A stretch of 64,000 nucleotides of DNA from Clostridia bacterium (lineage in GTDB: Bacteria; Bacillota; Clostridia; Christensenellales; Borkfalkiaceae), in contig JAFQMD010000035.1 in assembly GCA_017396365.1 (NCBI GenBank), positions 2,417 to 66,416 on the forward strand, read 5' to 3'. Of this stretch, positions 27,481 to 37,526 are shown one piece after another (the first letter of the stretch is position 1; each line of letters starts with the position of its first letter). The notes beneath the pieces were generated by a model. It was not told the origin of the DNA and ran no database searches. It saw only the letters and a list, made by a program, of their open reading frames with translations. The translations under genes and the position numbers were made by a program.

Positions 27481-28215
27481 ATGAAACAAATTATTTATGA
27501 AATAATTGATACTCGCCAACTTACCGAAACGGTTTTTGAAATGAAACTTCGTGGCGACGTATCGGGAATAAAATGCGGACAGTTCGTCAATCTTTTAATT
27601 GACGGATTGTACCTTCGTCGTCCTATTTCCGTTTGCGATTTAAACGGAGATACGCTTACTTTGGTTTACAAAGTAGTGGGCAAAGGTACGCAAAAAATGT
27701 CCGAAATGAAAGTCGGTGAAAAACTCGACGTTTTGACTCAACTCGGCAACGGTTACGACTTGTCTTTAAGTGGTAAAAGCCCCCTTTTAATCGGTGGTGG
27801 AGTTGGCGTTCCACCTATGTTTTTGTGCGCTAAACGACTTATAGGCGGGGGCAAATCGGTTACCGTCGTGCTTGGTTTTAATACGAAAGAAGAAATTTTT
27901 TACGAAGAAGAGTTTAAAAAACTCGGCGCAAAAGTTATCGTCACTACGGTTGACGGCTCTTACGGTGTCAAGGGTTTTGTAATCGACGCAATGAAAGATT
28001 TAGAATATACTTATTTCTATACTTGCGGACCTGAACCGATGTTAAAGGCTGTATATAACGCGAGTAAAACGAGCGGACAGTTTAGTTTTGAAGAGAGAAT
28101 GGGTTGTGGTTTTGGCGCGTGCATGGGATGTTCGTGCAAAACTCTTTACGGCAATAAGAGAATATGTAAAGACGGCCCCGTTCTTGTAAAGGAGGAGATT
28201 ATATGGGAGAAATGA
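27481..28215 (+). CDS. pyrK: Dihydroorotate dehydrogenase electron-transfer subunit
   Basis: FAD/NAD-binding fold. C-terminal 2Fe-2S cysteines CGFGACMGCSC...C. Confidence 0.9.
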   Translation: MKQIIYEIIDTRQLTETVFEMKLRGDVSGIKCGQFVNLLIDGLYLRRPISVCDLNGDTLTLVYKVVGKGTQKMSEMKVGEKLDVLTQLGNGYDLSLSGKSPLLIGGGVGVPPMFLCAKRLIGGGKSVTVVLGFNTKEEIFYEEEFKKLGAKVIVTTVDGSYGVKGFVIDAMKDLEYTYFYTCGPEPMLKAVYNASKTSGQFSFEERMGCGFGACMGCSCKTLYGNKRICKDGPVLVKEEIIWEK

Positions 28216-29114
28216 AAGTAAATCTATGTGGCATAGAAATAGACAATCCCGTAATCCCTGCGAGCGGAACTTTTGGCTACGGCTACGAGTTCGCTGAATT
28301 TTACGATATAAATTGTCTTGGAACTTTCTCGTTTAAAGGCACTACGAAAGAGCCGAGATTTGGAAACCCAACGCCGAGAATTGCCGAGTGCTACGCAGGT
28401 ATGATAAACGCCGTAGGACTTCAAAACCCTGGAGTAGATAAAGTTATAGAAGAAGAACTCCCACGCCTTGCCAAGTGTTTTAGTAAAAAAGTAATGGCAA
28501 ACGTCGGTGGTTTTTCTGTTGAAGAGTACGTTCACACGGCAACTCTTTTAGACAAACAAGAACAAGTCGGTTGGCTTGAAATCAACATAAGTTGCCCTAA
28601 CGTTCACGCGGGTGGAGTAAACTTCGGCTCGTCTGAAAAAGGCGCTTATGAAATTATTAGCGCGGTAAAAAAGTCGGTCAATAAGCCCGTTATCGCCAAA
28701 CTTTCGCCAAACGTAACCGATATTACGGCGATTGCAAAAGCCGTGGAAGACGCAGGCGCTGACGGCGTAAGTTTGATAAATACTTTACTTGGTATGAGAA
28801 TTGACTTAAGGACGAGAAAGCCCGTCATTGCAAATAAAATGGGCGGTTTTTCAGGTCCTGCAATTTTCCCTGTGGCTGTAAGAATGGTTTATCAAGTTGC
28901 AAACGCGGTAAAAATACCCGTAATCGGCATGGGGGGCATTTCTTCTGCCGAAGACGTAATTGAAATGATGCTCGCAGGCGCAACTGCGGTTGAAGTCGGC
29001 GCGGCAAACCTTATAAACCCGTATGCAAGTAAGCAAATAATTGAAGATTTGCCTGCGGTTATGAAAAAGTATAAAATCGAAAATTTAAAAGATATAATCA
29101 AAGGAGTTAAGTAA
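28203..29114 (+). CDS. pyrD: Dihydroorotate dehydrogenase 1B catalytic subunit
   Basis: ASGTFGYG motif, NISCPN with the active-site Cys, GGISSAEDV. Confidence 0.9.
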   Translation: MGEMKVNLCGIEIDNPVIPASGTFGYGYEFAEFYDINCLGTFSFKGTTKEPRFGNPTPRIAECYAGMINAVGLQNPGVDKVIEEELPRLAKCFSKKVMANVGGFSVEEYVHTATLLDKQEQVGWLEINISCPNVHAGGVNFGSSEKGAYEIISAVKKSVNKPVIAKLSPNVTDITAIAKAVEDAGADGVSLINTLLGMRIDLRTRKPVIANKMGGFSGPAIFPVAVRMVYQVANAVKIPVIGMGGISSAEDVIEMMLAGATAVEVGAANLINPYASKQIIEDLPAVMKKYKIENLKDIIKGVK

Positions 29115-29812
29115 TGGGTAAAGACGTTATTATCGCTTGCGATTTTGACAGTAAGCAAAAGACTTTGGATTTTTTAGACAAGTTTACGGGCAGAAAGCCG
29201 TTTGTAAAAATCGGTATGGAACTTTTTTATGCCGAAGGTCCTGCTATCGTAAAGGAAATCAAGGCAAGGGGACATAAAATATTCCTTGACCTTAAACTTC
29301 ACGATATTCCAAACACCGTAAAAAAATCAATGGCGGTTTTGTCCCGTCTTGACGTTGATATGACCAACCTTCACGCCGGCGGAACTATCCGTATGATGCA
29401 AGGCGCTATCGAAGGATTGACAAGACCTGACGGAACTCGTCCGCTTTTAATTGCCGTAACTCAACTTACTTCTACCGACGAAGAGAGTATGAGAAAAGAT
29501 CTTTTAATTGAAAAGCCTATTGACGAAGTAGTTATGCACTACGCTCACAACGCTAAAATCGCAGGGCTTGACGGAGTAGTTTGTTCTCCGCTTGAGGCTG
29601 GCAAAGTTCACGGCGTTTGCGGTGAAAAGTTCTTGACCGTTACCCCAGGCGTAAGATTTGCAGACGGAGACGTAGGTGACCAAAAGAGAGTTATGACTCC
29701 TGCCGAAGCAAAGAAAATCGGCTCGGACTATATCGTAGTAGGTCGTCCTATTACTGCAGCAGAAGATCCTGTTGCGGCTTACGAAAGATGTATTGCCGAG
29801 TTCGTCGGCTAA
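29114..29812 (+). CDS. pyrF: Orotidine-5'-phosphate decarboxylase
   Basis: DLKLHDIPNTV and IVVGRPIT motifs. Confidence 0.9.
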   Translation: MGKDVIIACDFDSKQKTLDFLDKFTGRKPFVKIGMELFYAEGPAIVKEIKARGHKIFLDLKLHDIPNTVKKSMAVLSRLDVDMTNLHAGGTIRMMQGAIEGLTRPDGTRPLLIAVTQLTSTDEESMRKDLLIEKPIDEVVMHYAHNAKIAGLDGVVCSPLEAGKVHGVCGEKFLTVTPGVRFADGDVGDQKRVMTPAEAKKIGSDYIVVGRPITAAEDPVAAYERCIAEFVG

Positions 29813-29934
29813 AAAAGTTTATAAGCGTCGCAATACTGTGTTTCTACTTTAAAGGCTAAACCCCGATGACCAAAGAGGTCTATCGTGTCTTATCCTTTAA
29901 AGTGAGCCTTGTCTTGCTCGCTTCTAACCTTTTT
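29811..29934 (+). repeat. Long-hairpin element, copy C (124 nt)
   Basis: Same architecture as A1, with compensated helices GCAATAC/GTCTTGC and CGAT-GACCaaagaGGTC-t-ATCG. It fills the pyrF-pyrE spacer. Confidence 0.85.
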
Positions 29935-29971
29935 AAGCATAAATTATAAAAACCTTATGAGGAGTAATAAG

Positions 29972-30628
29972 ATGGAAAATTATAAGAGAGAGTTTATACA
30001 ATTTTTGCAAAATGCAGGTGTTTTAAAGTTTGGCGATTTTACTGCAAAAAGCGGTAGAAAAATCCCATACTTTATCAATGCTGGCGAAATTAAAACGGGC
30101 GAAAATATAGCAAAACTCGGCGAGTTCTACGCTAAGAGTTATCTTGATAAAATGGGCGAGAAAAAGGCAGTTTTATACGGACCTGCTTATAAGGGAATTT
30201 CTATTGCCGTTTCTGCATCTATCGCTCTTTCTAAAAACGGGCTTAACGTTCCTTTCTTCTTTAACAGAAAAGAGGCGAAAGACCATGGCGAAGGCGGTGT
30301 TTTTGTAGGTTATAAGCCAACTTTAGGGGAAGAAGTAGTTATCGTTGAAGACGTAATAACGGCAGGCACTGCGATAAGAGAAACTATGGAAATTATGAAA
30401 GGATTACAAGGCGTAAAGGTATGCGCGACTTTCGTAATGGTTGACCGTAAAGAAAAAGGACAAACTGAAAAGAGCGCAATGGCTGAAGTCGGCGAAGAAT
30501 TTGGTTTCCCTGTATATTCGGTAGTTGACGTTTACGACATTATCGAATACTTAGAAGAAGATAAAGCAAACGAAGAAAACGTAAACAGAATTAAAAAATA
30601 TCTCGAAGTTTACGGCGCGAAGGCTTAA
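29972..30628 (+). CDS. pyrE: Orotate phosphoribosyltransferase
   Basis: Start moved to MENYKREF (GAGGAG RBS), because the longer track ORF would run into the repeat. PRPP loop [13 protein letters not shown]. Confidence 0.85.
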   Translation: MENYKREFIQFLQNAGVLKFGDFTAKSGRKIPYFINAGEIKTGENIAKLGEFYAKSYLDKMGEKKAVLYGPAYKGISIAVSASIALSKNGLNVPFFFNRKEAKDHGEGGVFVGYKPTLGEEVVIVEDVITAGTAIRETMEIMKGLQGVKVCATFVMVDRKEKGQTEKSAMAEVGEEFGFPVYSVVDVYDIIEYLEEDKANEENVNRIKKYLEVYGAKA

Positions 30629-30629
30629 T

Positions 30630-31718
30630 ATGAAAAGAAGTGTAATTGACACCGTTGATTTGACCGTAGAAGAACTCGACGGAATTATTCAAACTGCGTG
30701 TGATATAAGTGAAAATCCACAAAAGTATGCCGACAGATGTAAGGGCAAAAAACTCGCTACGCTTTTTTTTGAGCCGTCAACAAGAACTCGTCTTTCATTT
30801 GAGGCGGCAATGCTCGAACTCGGCGGTAGTGTAATCGGTTTTTCCGAGGCGAGCAGTTCTTCCGCGGCAAAGGGCGAAAGCGTTGCCGATACGGCAAAGG
30901 TTATAAGTTGCTACGCGGATATTATCGCAATGCGCCATCCCAAAGAAGGCGCTGCTTACGTCGCTGCTAAAAACGCGACTATTCCGCTTATAAACGCTGG
31001 CGACGGAAGTCATTGTCATCCAACTCAAACGCTTGCCGATCTACTTACCATTTACAGAGAAAAAGGTCGATTAAATAACTTATCGGTAGGCTTTTGCGGT
31101 GATTTGAAGTACGGAAGAACAGTTCATTCGCTTATAAACGCCCTTTCTAGATATGAAGGAATTAAAATCGTTTTAATTTCTCCCGAAGAACTTAAACTTC
31201 CAAAATATATCAAAGAAGACGTGCTTGAAAAGAATAAAATGCCTTACGTTGAAACCGCCGATTTAGAAGGTTCTTTAAAGGATTTAGATATTCTTTATAT
31301 GACGAGAATTCAACGCGAGAGATTTTTTGATGCCGAAGAATACGAAAGACTTAAAGACAGTTACGTTTTAACTGCTGAAAAAATGCAGTTTGCAAAAGAT
31401 GATACTTGCGTTTTGCACCCACTCCCGAGAGTAAACGAAATTAGCGTTAAAGTTGACGACGACAAAAGGGCGTGCTATTTTAAACAAGTATTAAACGGCA
31501 AATATATGCGTATGGCGCTCATATTGAAACTTTTAGAAGACGAAAAGAACGGAGTTTTGCCAACCCATACCGAAGACGGCGTCGTGGTTAATAAAATCAA
31601 ATGCAAAAACCCGAGATGTATAACTTCGGTAGAACAAGAATTAGACCATAAATTTATCCCGACCGAAAAGGACGGAGTTTATAAATGTATCTATTGCGAA
31701 AGCGAAGAAAAATTATAA
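30630..31718 (+). CDS. pyrB: Aspartate carbamoyltransferase catalytic chain fused to a PyrI-type zinc domain
   Basis: STRTR, HPTQ and HPLPR motifs of ATCase. The last 45 or so aa, [13 protein letters not shown]...[10 protein letters not shown], match the Cx4C...CxxC zinc domain of the regulatory chain. Confidence 0.85.
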   Translation: MKRSVIDTVDLTVEELDGIIQTACDISENPQKYADRCKGKKLATLFFEPSTRTRLSFEAAMLELGGSVIGFSEASSSSAAKGESVADTAKVISCYADIIAMRHPKEGAAYVAAKNATIPLINAGDGSHCHPTQTLADLLTIYREKGRLNNLSVGFCGDLKYGRTVHSLINALSRYEGIKIVLISPEELKLPKYIKEDVLEKNKMPYVETADLEGSLKDLDILYMTRIQRERFFDAEEYERLKDSYVLTAEKMQFAKDDTCVLHPLPRVNEISVKVDDDKRACYFKQVLNGKYMRMALILKLLEDEKNGVLPTHTEDGVVVNKIKCKNPRCITSVEQELDHKFIPTEKDGVYKCIYCESEEKL

Positions 31719-31720
31719 AA

Positions 31721-31765
31721 TAGAGTAGTAAAATGCGGTTTTTTTAGACCGCATTCTCTATTTTT
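31721..31765 (+). terminator. Rho-independent terminator of the pyr operon
   Basis: TAGAG..AATGCGGT / ACCGCATT..CTCTA stem followed by T5. Confidence 0.8.
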
Positions 31766-31842
31766 AAAAAGGCTCGTAAGGGAAAGTATTACGACGACTT
31801 ATTATTTTATAATAAAAATAGAAAAAGCACCCTTTTCTTGCT

Positions 31843-31870
31843 TGACAACTTTTGAGTAATTTGATATTAT
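31843..31870 (+). promoter_or_regulatory. Sigma-A type promoter of the pur operon
   Basis: TTGACA, then a 16-nt spacer, then TGaTATTAT. Confidence 0.65.
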
Positions 31871-31885
31871 ATTGTCGTAAAAGGT

Positions 31886-31975
31886 TTTCTGCGACTGACG
31901 GATTACGTGGTACACCACGGTGAAACGGAAAACCGTTCGGGTTAAAACCCATTTTGCCGACCGTCTGGGCGCACT
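31886..31975 (+). promoter_or_regulatory. ZTP (pfl-motif) riboswitch aptamer
   Basis: GACUGACGGA, CGUGGuaCACCACGG, a linker with two small hairpins, then CCGACCGUCUGGGCG. This matches my recollection of the pfl consensus (ACUGGCG / GUGG..CCAC.GG / CCGCCUGGGC). It lies upstream of purine genes. Confidence 0.8.
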
Positions 31976-32007
31976 GAGTTCTTTGCAGAACGAGTGCGCC
32001 CTTTTTG
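31967..32007 (+). terminator. Riboswitch expression-platform terminator
   Basis: GGGCGCACT / AGTGCGCCC stem followed by TTTTTGTTT. The 5' strand overlaps the aptamer's CUGGGCG. Confidence 0.8.
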
Positions 32008-32134
32008 TTTAAAGGCTTATATACTTCGTTAGCCGTCGTTTACTGTTTCGTTCTCAAAACCTTGGTGACCAACAAGGTCAACCAAGTCTTTTCAAACTCA
32101 CGAGCCTTGGCTAACTCGTATCTAACCCTTTAAA
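32008..32134 (+). repeat. 127-nt long-hairpin element, copy D1
   Basis: TTTAAAGGCTTA...TAACCCTTTAAA ends. Helices GTTAGCC/GGCTAAC and CTTGGT-GACCaacaaGGTC-a-ACCAAG. Confidence 0.9.
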
Positions 32135-32266
32135 CGTTTATATATGGCTTATAAACTGCGTTATGCGTCGTTTCTGCAAAGTAAAACCGATTGGGATGAC
32201 CAAAGAGGTCTATCCCACCCGCTTTTTCTTTGCGAGCCTTGCCTAACTTGTTTCTAATCCTTTAAA
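32129..32266 (+). repeat. Long-hairpin element, copy D2 (138 nt, small 5' insertion)
   Basis: Helices GTTATGC/GCCTAAC, GCAAAG/CTTTGC and TGGGAT-GACCaaagaGGTC-t-ATCCCA. It shares its TTTAAA end with D1. Confidence 0.85.
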
Positions 32267-32347
32267 CGTTTATATATGGCGTATGCGTCGTTTCTGCAAG
32301 TGTTTGCCGACTAAGATGACCAATAACGAGCCTTGGCTAACTCTTAA
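32261..32347 (+). repeat. Decayed copy D3 of the hairpin element
   Basis: The 5' arm and GATGACCAA are retained. The apical 3' half is deleted and joined to CGAGCCTTGGCTAACTC. Confidence 0.7.
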
Positions 32348-32407
32348 CTGACCAAGAGAAAGATTATTAAGCCCAAAAGAAAAATTATTAAGGAGTTTAC
32401 ATAAATT

Positions 32408-32899
32408 ATGAAAAAAGTAGGAATTGTAATGGGTAGCGATAGCGACCTTCCAATTGTAGAAAAAGCAATTAACACTTTAAAGTCTTTCGATATTCCTTAC
32501 GAAGTTCACGTATATTCCGCTCATAGAACGCCTGACGAAGCAGGCGATTTTGCCGCAAATGCAAAAAAGAACGGATTTGGTGCGATCATTGCCGCAGCAG
32601 GTATGGCTGCTCACCTTGCTGGAGCAATCGCTGCAAGAACAACACTCCCTGTAATTGGTATACCTTGTAAATCAACTAATTTAGACGGCGTAGACGCTCT
32701 TTTGTCAACTGTACAAATGCCATCGGGCATTCCCGTTGCGACGGTTGCAATAAACGGGGCGGTAAACGCCGCTTTAATTTGCGCGCAAATCTTTGCTCTT
32801 TCGGATGAAAATTTGGCTAAAAAACTTGAAGACAAGCGCGTTCAAGACGCTAAAAAAGTTCTTGAAAAAGACGCTGAGATATCAGCGAGATTTAACTGA
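32408..32899 (+). CDS. purE: Phosphoribosylaminoimidazole carboxylase/mutase PurE
   Basis: GSDSDLP, SAHRTP and [10 protein letters not shown] motifs. Confidence 0.9.
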   Translation: MKKVGIVMGSDSDLPIVEKAINTLKSFDIPYEVHVYSAHRTPDEAGDFAANAKKNGFGAIIAAAGMAAHLAGAIAARTTLPVIGIPCKSTNLDGVDALLSTVQMPSGIPVATVAINGAVNAALICAQIFALSDENLAKKLEDKRVQDAKKVLEKDAEISARFN

Positions 32900-32962
32900 A
32901 ATTTAATCAGTTAATTTTTAAATTACGTAAATAAATTTTTATAACATAAAGGAGAAACAAAA

Positions 32963-33655
32963 ATGGCAAAGACTCTTGTTTATACTGGTAAAACCAAGGA
33001 CGTATTCGCATTAGATAACGGAAATTATCTTCTTAAGTTTAAAGACGACTGTACTGGAAAAGACGGCGTTTTTGATCCGGGTGAAAATTCGGTAGGTCTT
33101 ACTATCGACGGCGTTGGCGACGTAAATCTTCGTATGTCAATCTATTTCTTTGAAAAAGTAAACGCTGCGGGTATTAAAACCCACTACATAAGCGCAGACC
33201 TTGCAAATACGACTATGGAAGTAGTTCCTGCAAAGCCTTTCGGTAAGGGATTAGAAGTAATTTGTCGTCATAAAGCAGTTGGAAGTTTCTACAGAAGATA
33301 TAGCGATTATATTGAAGAGGGAGCAGACCTTCCAGAATACGTAGAAACTACTTTTAAAAACGATGCAAAGGGCGATCCGCTCGTAACTAAAGACGGTCTT
33401 GTTGACCTTGGCGTTATGACTGCAGAGCAATACGACGACGTTAAGTCTATGACTCAAAAAATTACTCGTATCGTAGCCGACGACCTCAAAGAAAAGGGTC
33501 TTGATCTTTACGATATAAAGTTTGAGTTTGGTTATGACAAAGATGGAAAGGTTATTTTAATCGACGAAATTGCGTCTGGAAATATGAGAGTATATAAAGA
33601 CGGACAATATATCGACCCTATGACTTTATCTAAACTTTTCTTTGAAGCAAAATAA
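32963..33655 (+). CDS. purC: SAICAR synthetase
   Basis: [10 protein letters not shown]-terminus and 230 aa. Operon context. Confidence 0.85.
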   Translation: MAKTLVYTGKTKDVFALDNGNYLLKFKDDCTGKDGVFDPGENSVGLTIDGVGDVNLRMSIYFFEKVNAAGIKTHYISADLANTTMEVVPAKPFGKGLEVICRHKAVGSFYRRYSDYIEEGADLPEYVETTFKNDAKGDPLVTKDGLVDLGVMTAEQYDDVKSMTQKITRIVADDLKEKGLDLYDIKFEFGYDKDGKVILIDEIASGNMRVYKDGQYIDPMTLSKLFFEAK

Positions 33656-33683
33656 TATACTTAGCGCTTAAACAGGAGGAACA

Positions 33684-35108
33684 ATGGGCGGTTTTTTTGG
33701 AATAACATCTAAAAAAGAATGCCTTGTCGACGTTTTTTTTGGAGTAGATTACCATTCCCATCTCGGTACGAGAAGGGGTGGGCTTGCTGCTTACGATAAA
33801 ACTATCGGCTTGCAAAGAAAAATACATAATATAGAGAATTCGCCGTTTAGAACGAAGTTTGATCAGGATTTAAACGAAATGCAAGGTACGGCAGGTATAG
33901 GTTGCATAAGCGATAGTGATCCGCAACCTATGCTCATACGCTCTCGTCACGGAACTTACGCTATATCTACGATAGGAATAATCAACAATTCGGCAGAACT
34001 TATTGATGAAAACGTAGTAGGCGGTAACCATTTTGACGCAATGACGGGCGGAGCGGTTAATTCAACCGAACTTGCCGCGGCGCTTATAAACGGTAAAGAC
34101 TCTTTCGTTGAAGGAATAAAATACGCTCAAGAGAGAGTTGAAGGCACGCTTTCTATACTCATATTAAAAGATAACGGGCATTTAATTGCTGCGAGAGACA
34201 AAAAAGGAAGGATACCCGTAATAATAGGTAAAAACGACGATGGATATAGCGTAACTTTCGAGTCTTTTGCAAATTATAAATTAGGCTATTCAAACGTCAA
34301 AGAACTTGGAGCGGGTGAAATCGTTGAAATATCCCCAGAGGACGGAATCGTTCAACTTGCGCCCCCTCAAAAAGAAATGAAAGTTTGCGCCTTTCTTTGG
34401 TCCTACTACGGATTCCCAACGTCAACGTACGAGGGGGTAAATGTAGAGATGATGCGTTATCGAAACGGTCAAATTCTTGCAAAGTACGACGCAGTTAAGA
34501 AAAAAGCAGATGGGCTCGATTTTGTAGGAGGTGTTCCAGATTCAGGCACACCGCACGCGATAGGCTATGCAAACGAAAGCGGAGTTCCCTTTGCAAGGCC
34601 GTATATAAAATACTCTCCAACTTGGTCGAGAAGTTTTACTCCGTCAACTCAAATTGAGAGAAGTAAAGTTGCAAAGATGAAACAAATCCCCGTTCACGAC
34701 CTTATAGAAGGTAAAAATCTTTTGTTCGTGGACGACTCAATCGTTCGAGGAACTCAACTTAAAGAAACGGTTGATTTTCTTTACGCAAACGGCGCAAAAG
34801 CCGTTCATATGAGATCGGCTTGTCCACCTATAATGTACGGTTGTAAGTTTTTGAATTTTACAAGAGCAACGAGCGATATGGAACTTATCACAAGACGAAC
34901 TATTTTAGAACTTGAAGGACAAGAAGGGTTCAATCACTTAGAAGAATACGCCGACGCTGAAACCGAGCGCGGAAGAAGAATGAGAGACGCTATTTGTAAA
35001 AAATTTAACTTTTCTTCACTTGAATTTCAGTCGCTTGAAGGTCTTATAAAATCAATCGGCATCGAGCCGTGTAAACTTTGTACTTATTGCTGGAACGGCA
35101 AAGAGTAA
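33684..35108 (+). CDS. purF: Amidophosphoribosyltransferase homologue lacking the N-terminal Cys nucleophile
   Basis: PRT loop [13 protein letters not shown]. The Ntn-domain homology begins MGGFFGI instead of MCG. An in-frame TAA lies 15 nt upstream, so no longer N-terminus is possible. Confidence 0.8.
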   Translation: MGGFFGITSKKECLVDVFFGVDYHSHLGTRRGGLAAYDKTIGLQRKIHNIENSPFRTKFDQDLNEMQGTAGIGCISDSDPQPMLIRSRHGTYAISTIGIINNSAELIDENVVGGNHFDAMTGGAVNSTELAAALINGKDSFVEGIKYAQERVEGTLSILILKDNGHLIAARDKKGRIPVIIGKNDDGYSVTFESFANYKLGYSNVKELGAGEIVEISPEDGIVQLAPPQKEMKVCAFLWSYYGFPTSTYEGVNVEMMRYRNGQILAKYDAVKKKADGLDFVGGVPDSGTPHAIGYANESGVPFARPYIKYSPTWSRSFTPSTQIERSKVAKMKQIPVHDLIEGKNLLFVDDSIVRGTQLKETVDFLYANGAKAVHMRSACPPIMYGCKFLNFTRATSDMELITRRTILELEGQEGFNHLEEYADAETERGRRMRDAICKKFNFSSLEFQSLEGLIKSIGIEPCKLCTYCWNGKE

Positions 35109-35127
35109 ACTTAAGGAGAATATAATT

Positions 35128-36174
35128 ATGCATAAAAATTCAAAATCTGACAGTTACGCAGCAGCGGGCGTAGATATTACCGCAGGATACAAAGCAGTAG
35201 AACTTATGAAAAAACACGTGGCTCGTACCATAGTTGACGGAACGGACACGGATATCGGCGGTTTTGGCGGTCTTTTCCCACTTGATATTACGGGTATGAA
35301 AAATCCCGTACTCGTTTCGGGAACTGACGGCGTCGGTACGAAACTTAAAATTGCTTTTTTGATGGACAAGCACGACACGGTTGGTATCGACTGCGTGGCA
35401 ATGTGCGTAAACGACGTAATTTGTTGTGGAGCAAAACCCCTTTTCTTCCTTGACTATATCGCTTGCGGAAAGAACGTTCCGGAAAAAATTGCAGATATCG
35501 TAGCAGGCGTTGCTGAAGGTTGCGTTCAATCGGGAAGTAGGCTTATAGGTGGCGAAACTGCCGAAATGCCGGGATTTTATCCTATCGACGAATACGATTT
35601 GGCAGGTTTTTCAGTCGGCGTTGTTGACCGTGACAAAGTAATAGATAAAAACTCAATGAAAGAGGGCGACGTTATGTTGGCTCTTCCATCGTCTGGCGTT
35701 CACTCTAACGGATTTTCGCTTGTAAGAAAGGTTTTCGACGTTGAAAATTGCGACCTTAAAACCCCTATGGAAGAACTCGGTGGAAAATCGCTTGGCGAAA
35801 CCTTGCTCACTCCTACTAAAATTTACGTTAAGCCTATGCTCGCTCTTTTTGAACAAGTTAAAGTTAAAGGCGTTTCGCATATTACGGGCGGTGGATTTTA
35901 TGAAAATATGCCACGTTCAATCCCAGCGGGACTCGGCGTAAAAATTAAGAAAGAAGACGTAAAAGTTCTTCCTATTTTCAAACTCTTACAAAAGGTTGGA
36001 AATATTGACGAGAGAGATATGTTCAACACCTTCAATATGGGCGTTGGTATGTGCGTGGTAGTTGCTAAAGAAGACGCGGACAAAGCCCTTGAAATTTTAA
36101 AGGCTCACGGCGAAGACGCTTACCGTATAGGCGAAATCGTAAAGAGTGAAGACGAAGGCGTTATCTTATGTTAA
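35128..36174 (+). CDS. purM: AIR synthetase
   Basis: [19 protein letters not shown] and GGETAEMPG motifs. Confidence 0.9.
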   Translation: MHKNSKSDSYAAAGVDITAGYKAVELMKKHVARTIVDGTDTDIGGFGGLFPLDITGMKNPVLVSGTDGVGTKLKIAFLMDKHDTVGIDCVAMCVNDVICCGAKPLFFLDYIACGKNVPEKIADIVAGVAEGCVQSGSRLIGGETAEMPGFYPIDEYDLAGFSVGVVDRDKVIDKNSMKEGDVMLALPSSGVHSNGFSLVRKVFDVENCDLKTPMEELGGKSLGETLLTPTKIYVKPMLALFEQVKVKGVSHITGGGFYENMPRSIPAGLGVKIKKEDVKVLPIFKLLQKVGNIDERDMFNTFNMGVGMCVVVAKEDADKALEILKAHGEDAYRIGEIVKSEDEGVILC

Positions 36175-36797
36175 AAATAGCCGTGCTCGTTTCCGGTGGG
36201 GGAACTAATCTTCAAGCCCTTATCGACGCTGAAAAAAGGGGAGAACTTGGCAACGGAAAAATATCCTTAGTGCTATCTTCAAAACCCGACGTTTACGCTT
36301 TGGAAAGGGCGAAAAACAACGGTATTGACTCGGAGGTTTTATCTCGTAAAGATTATCAAAGCGTAACCGAGTATTCAAAGGCTATTGCTAACGTTCTTAC
36401 CGAAAACGGCATAGATTTAGTTGTTTTGGCAGGATTTTTGACTATTATTGACGAACAAGTTTATCAAAAATTCCCAAACAAGATAATAAACGTTCACCCT
36501 GCGCTTATTCCGTCTTTTTGCGGAAAGGGTTATTACGGTTTAAAAGTTCACGAAGCGGCGCTTGAAAAAGGCGTAAAGGTTTCTGGCGCAACCGTACATA
36601 TCGTAACACCAGAGTGCGACGCAGGTCCTATCATACTTCAAAAAGCAGTTGAAGTAAAACAAGGGGACACCCCCGAAACTTTGCAAAGAAGAATTATGGA
36701 AGAGGCGGAATGGCAACTTCTTCCAAAAGCAGTAAGGCTTTTTTGCGACGGAAAAATTACAGTAGAAAACAATAGAGTTTTTATAAAAGGAGAATAA
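36168..36797 (+). CDS. purN: GAR formyltransferase
   Basis: [21 protein letters not shown] and GATVH motifs. Confidence 0.9.
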   Translation: MLKIAVLVSGGGTNLQALIDAEKRGELGNGKISLVLSSKPDVYALERAKNNGIDSEVLSRKDYQSVTEYSKAIANVLTENGIDLVVLAGFLTIIDEQVYQKFPNKIINVHPALIPSFCGKGYYGLKVHEAALEKGVKVSGATVHIVTPECDAGPIILQKAVEVKQGDTPETLQRRIMEEAEWQLLPKAVRLFCDGKITVENNRVFIKGE

Positions 36798-36798
36798 A

Positions 36799-37515
36799 AT
36801 GAAGGTTTCAACCATTGCAAACGAACTCAATTCTTTGGCATACCACGGTAGAGGTATTATAATCGGCAAGAGCGCCGACGGGAAAAATGCGGTAACCGCT
36901 TACTTTATTATGGGCAGAAGCGTAAACAGCCGTAACCGCGTATTTTGTTTAGAAGGCGACGCTATGCGTACCAAAGCGTTTGACGAATCAAAGATGGTCG
37001 ATCCCCATCTTATTATCTATTATCCCGTAAGAGTTTTAGGCAATAAAACTATCGTTACAAACGGCGACCAAACCGACACGATTTATAATCTTATGGACAA
37101 GCAAATGACTTTTGAACAAGCCCTTAGAACTCGTGAATTTGAAGACGACAAGCCAAACTTTACTCCGAGAATTTCGGGTATTATACACCGTGAAAACGGC
37201 GATATAAACTACGCTATGTCGATTTTAAAGAGCGCCGAAGGGGACGATAGCAGTTGCGAGAGATTTACTTACGCATATTCAACTCCGATTGCAGGTAGAG
37301 CAAAGTTTATTCACACTTACGCTTGCGACGGAAATCCGCTCCCGTCTTTCGAGGGAGAACCTAAAACTTTGGAACTTCCAAACGTTTCTATCGACGAACT
37401 TACCGATTTAATTTGGACGAATTTAAACCAAGACAATAAAGTTTCACTTTTCGTTAGATACATAGATATTGCAACGGGCGAAACTCAAACGAGAATAGTT
37501 AATAAGAATCAATAA
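36799..37515 (+). CDS. purO: PurO-type (archaeal-like) IMP cyclohydrolase
   Basis: YHGRGIIIGKS...YFIMGRSVNSRNR signature as I recall it for the IMP_cyclohyd family. It lies immediately before an AICARFT-only purH. Confidence 0.7.
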   Translation: MKVSTIANELNSLAYHGRGIIIGKSADGKNAVTAYFIMGRSVNSRNRVFCLEGDAMRTKAFDESKMVDPHLIIYYPVRVLGNKTIVTNGDQTDTIYNLMDKQMTFEQALRTREFEDDKPNFTPRISGIIHRENGDINYAMSILKSAEGDDSSCERFTYAYSTPIAGRAKFIHTYACDGNPLPSFEGEPKTLELPNVSIDELTDLIWTNLNQDNKVSLFVRYIDIATGETQTRIVNKNQ

Positions 37516-37526
37516 GGAGAAAAACA

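Noticed and set aside
29909-29971. Longer pyrE ORF starting at 29909
   Set aside because: It would begin inside the repeat element with no [11 protein letters not shown] at 29972 has a GAGGAG RBS and the canonical OPRTase N-terminus.
31764-31952. A 62-aa minus-strand ORF
   Set aside because: It lies antisense across the pur promoter and the ZTP aptamer. It has no RBS, and the region is explained by the riboswitch.
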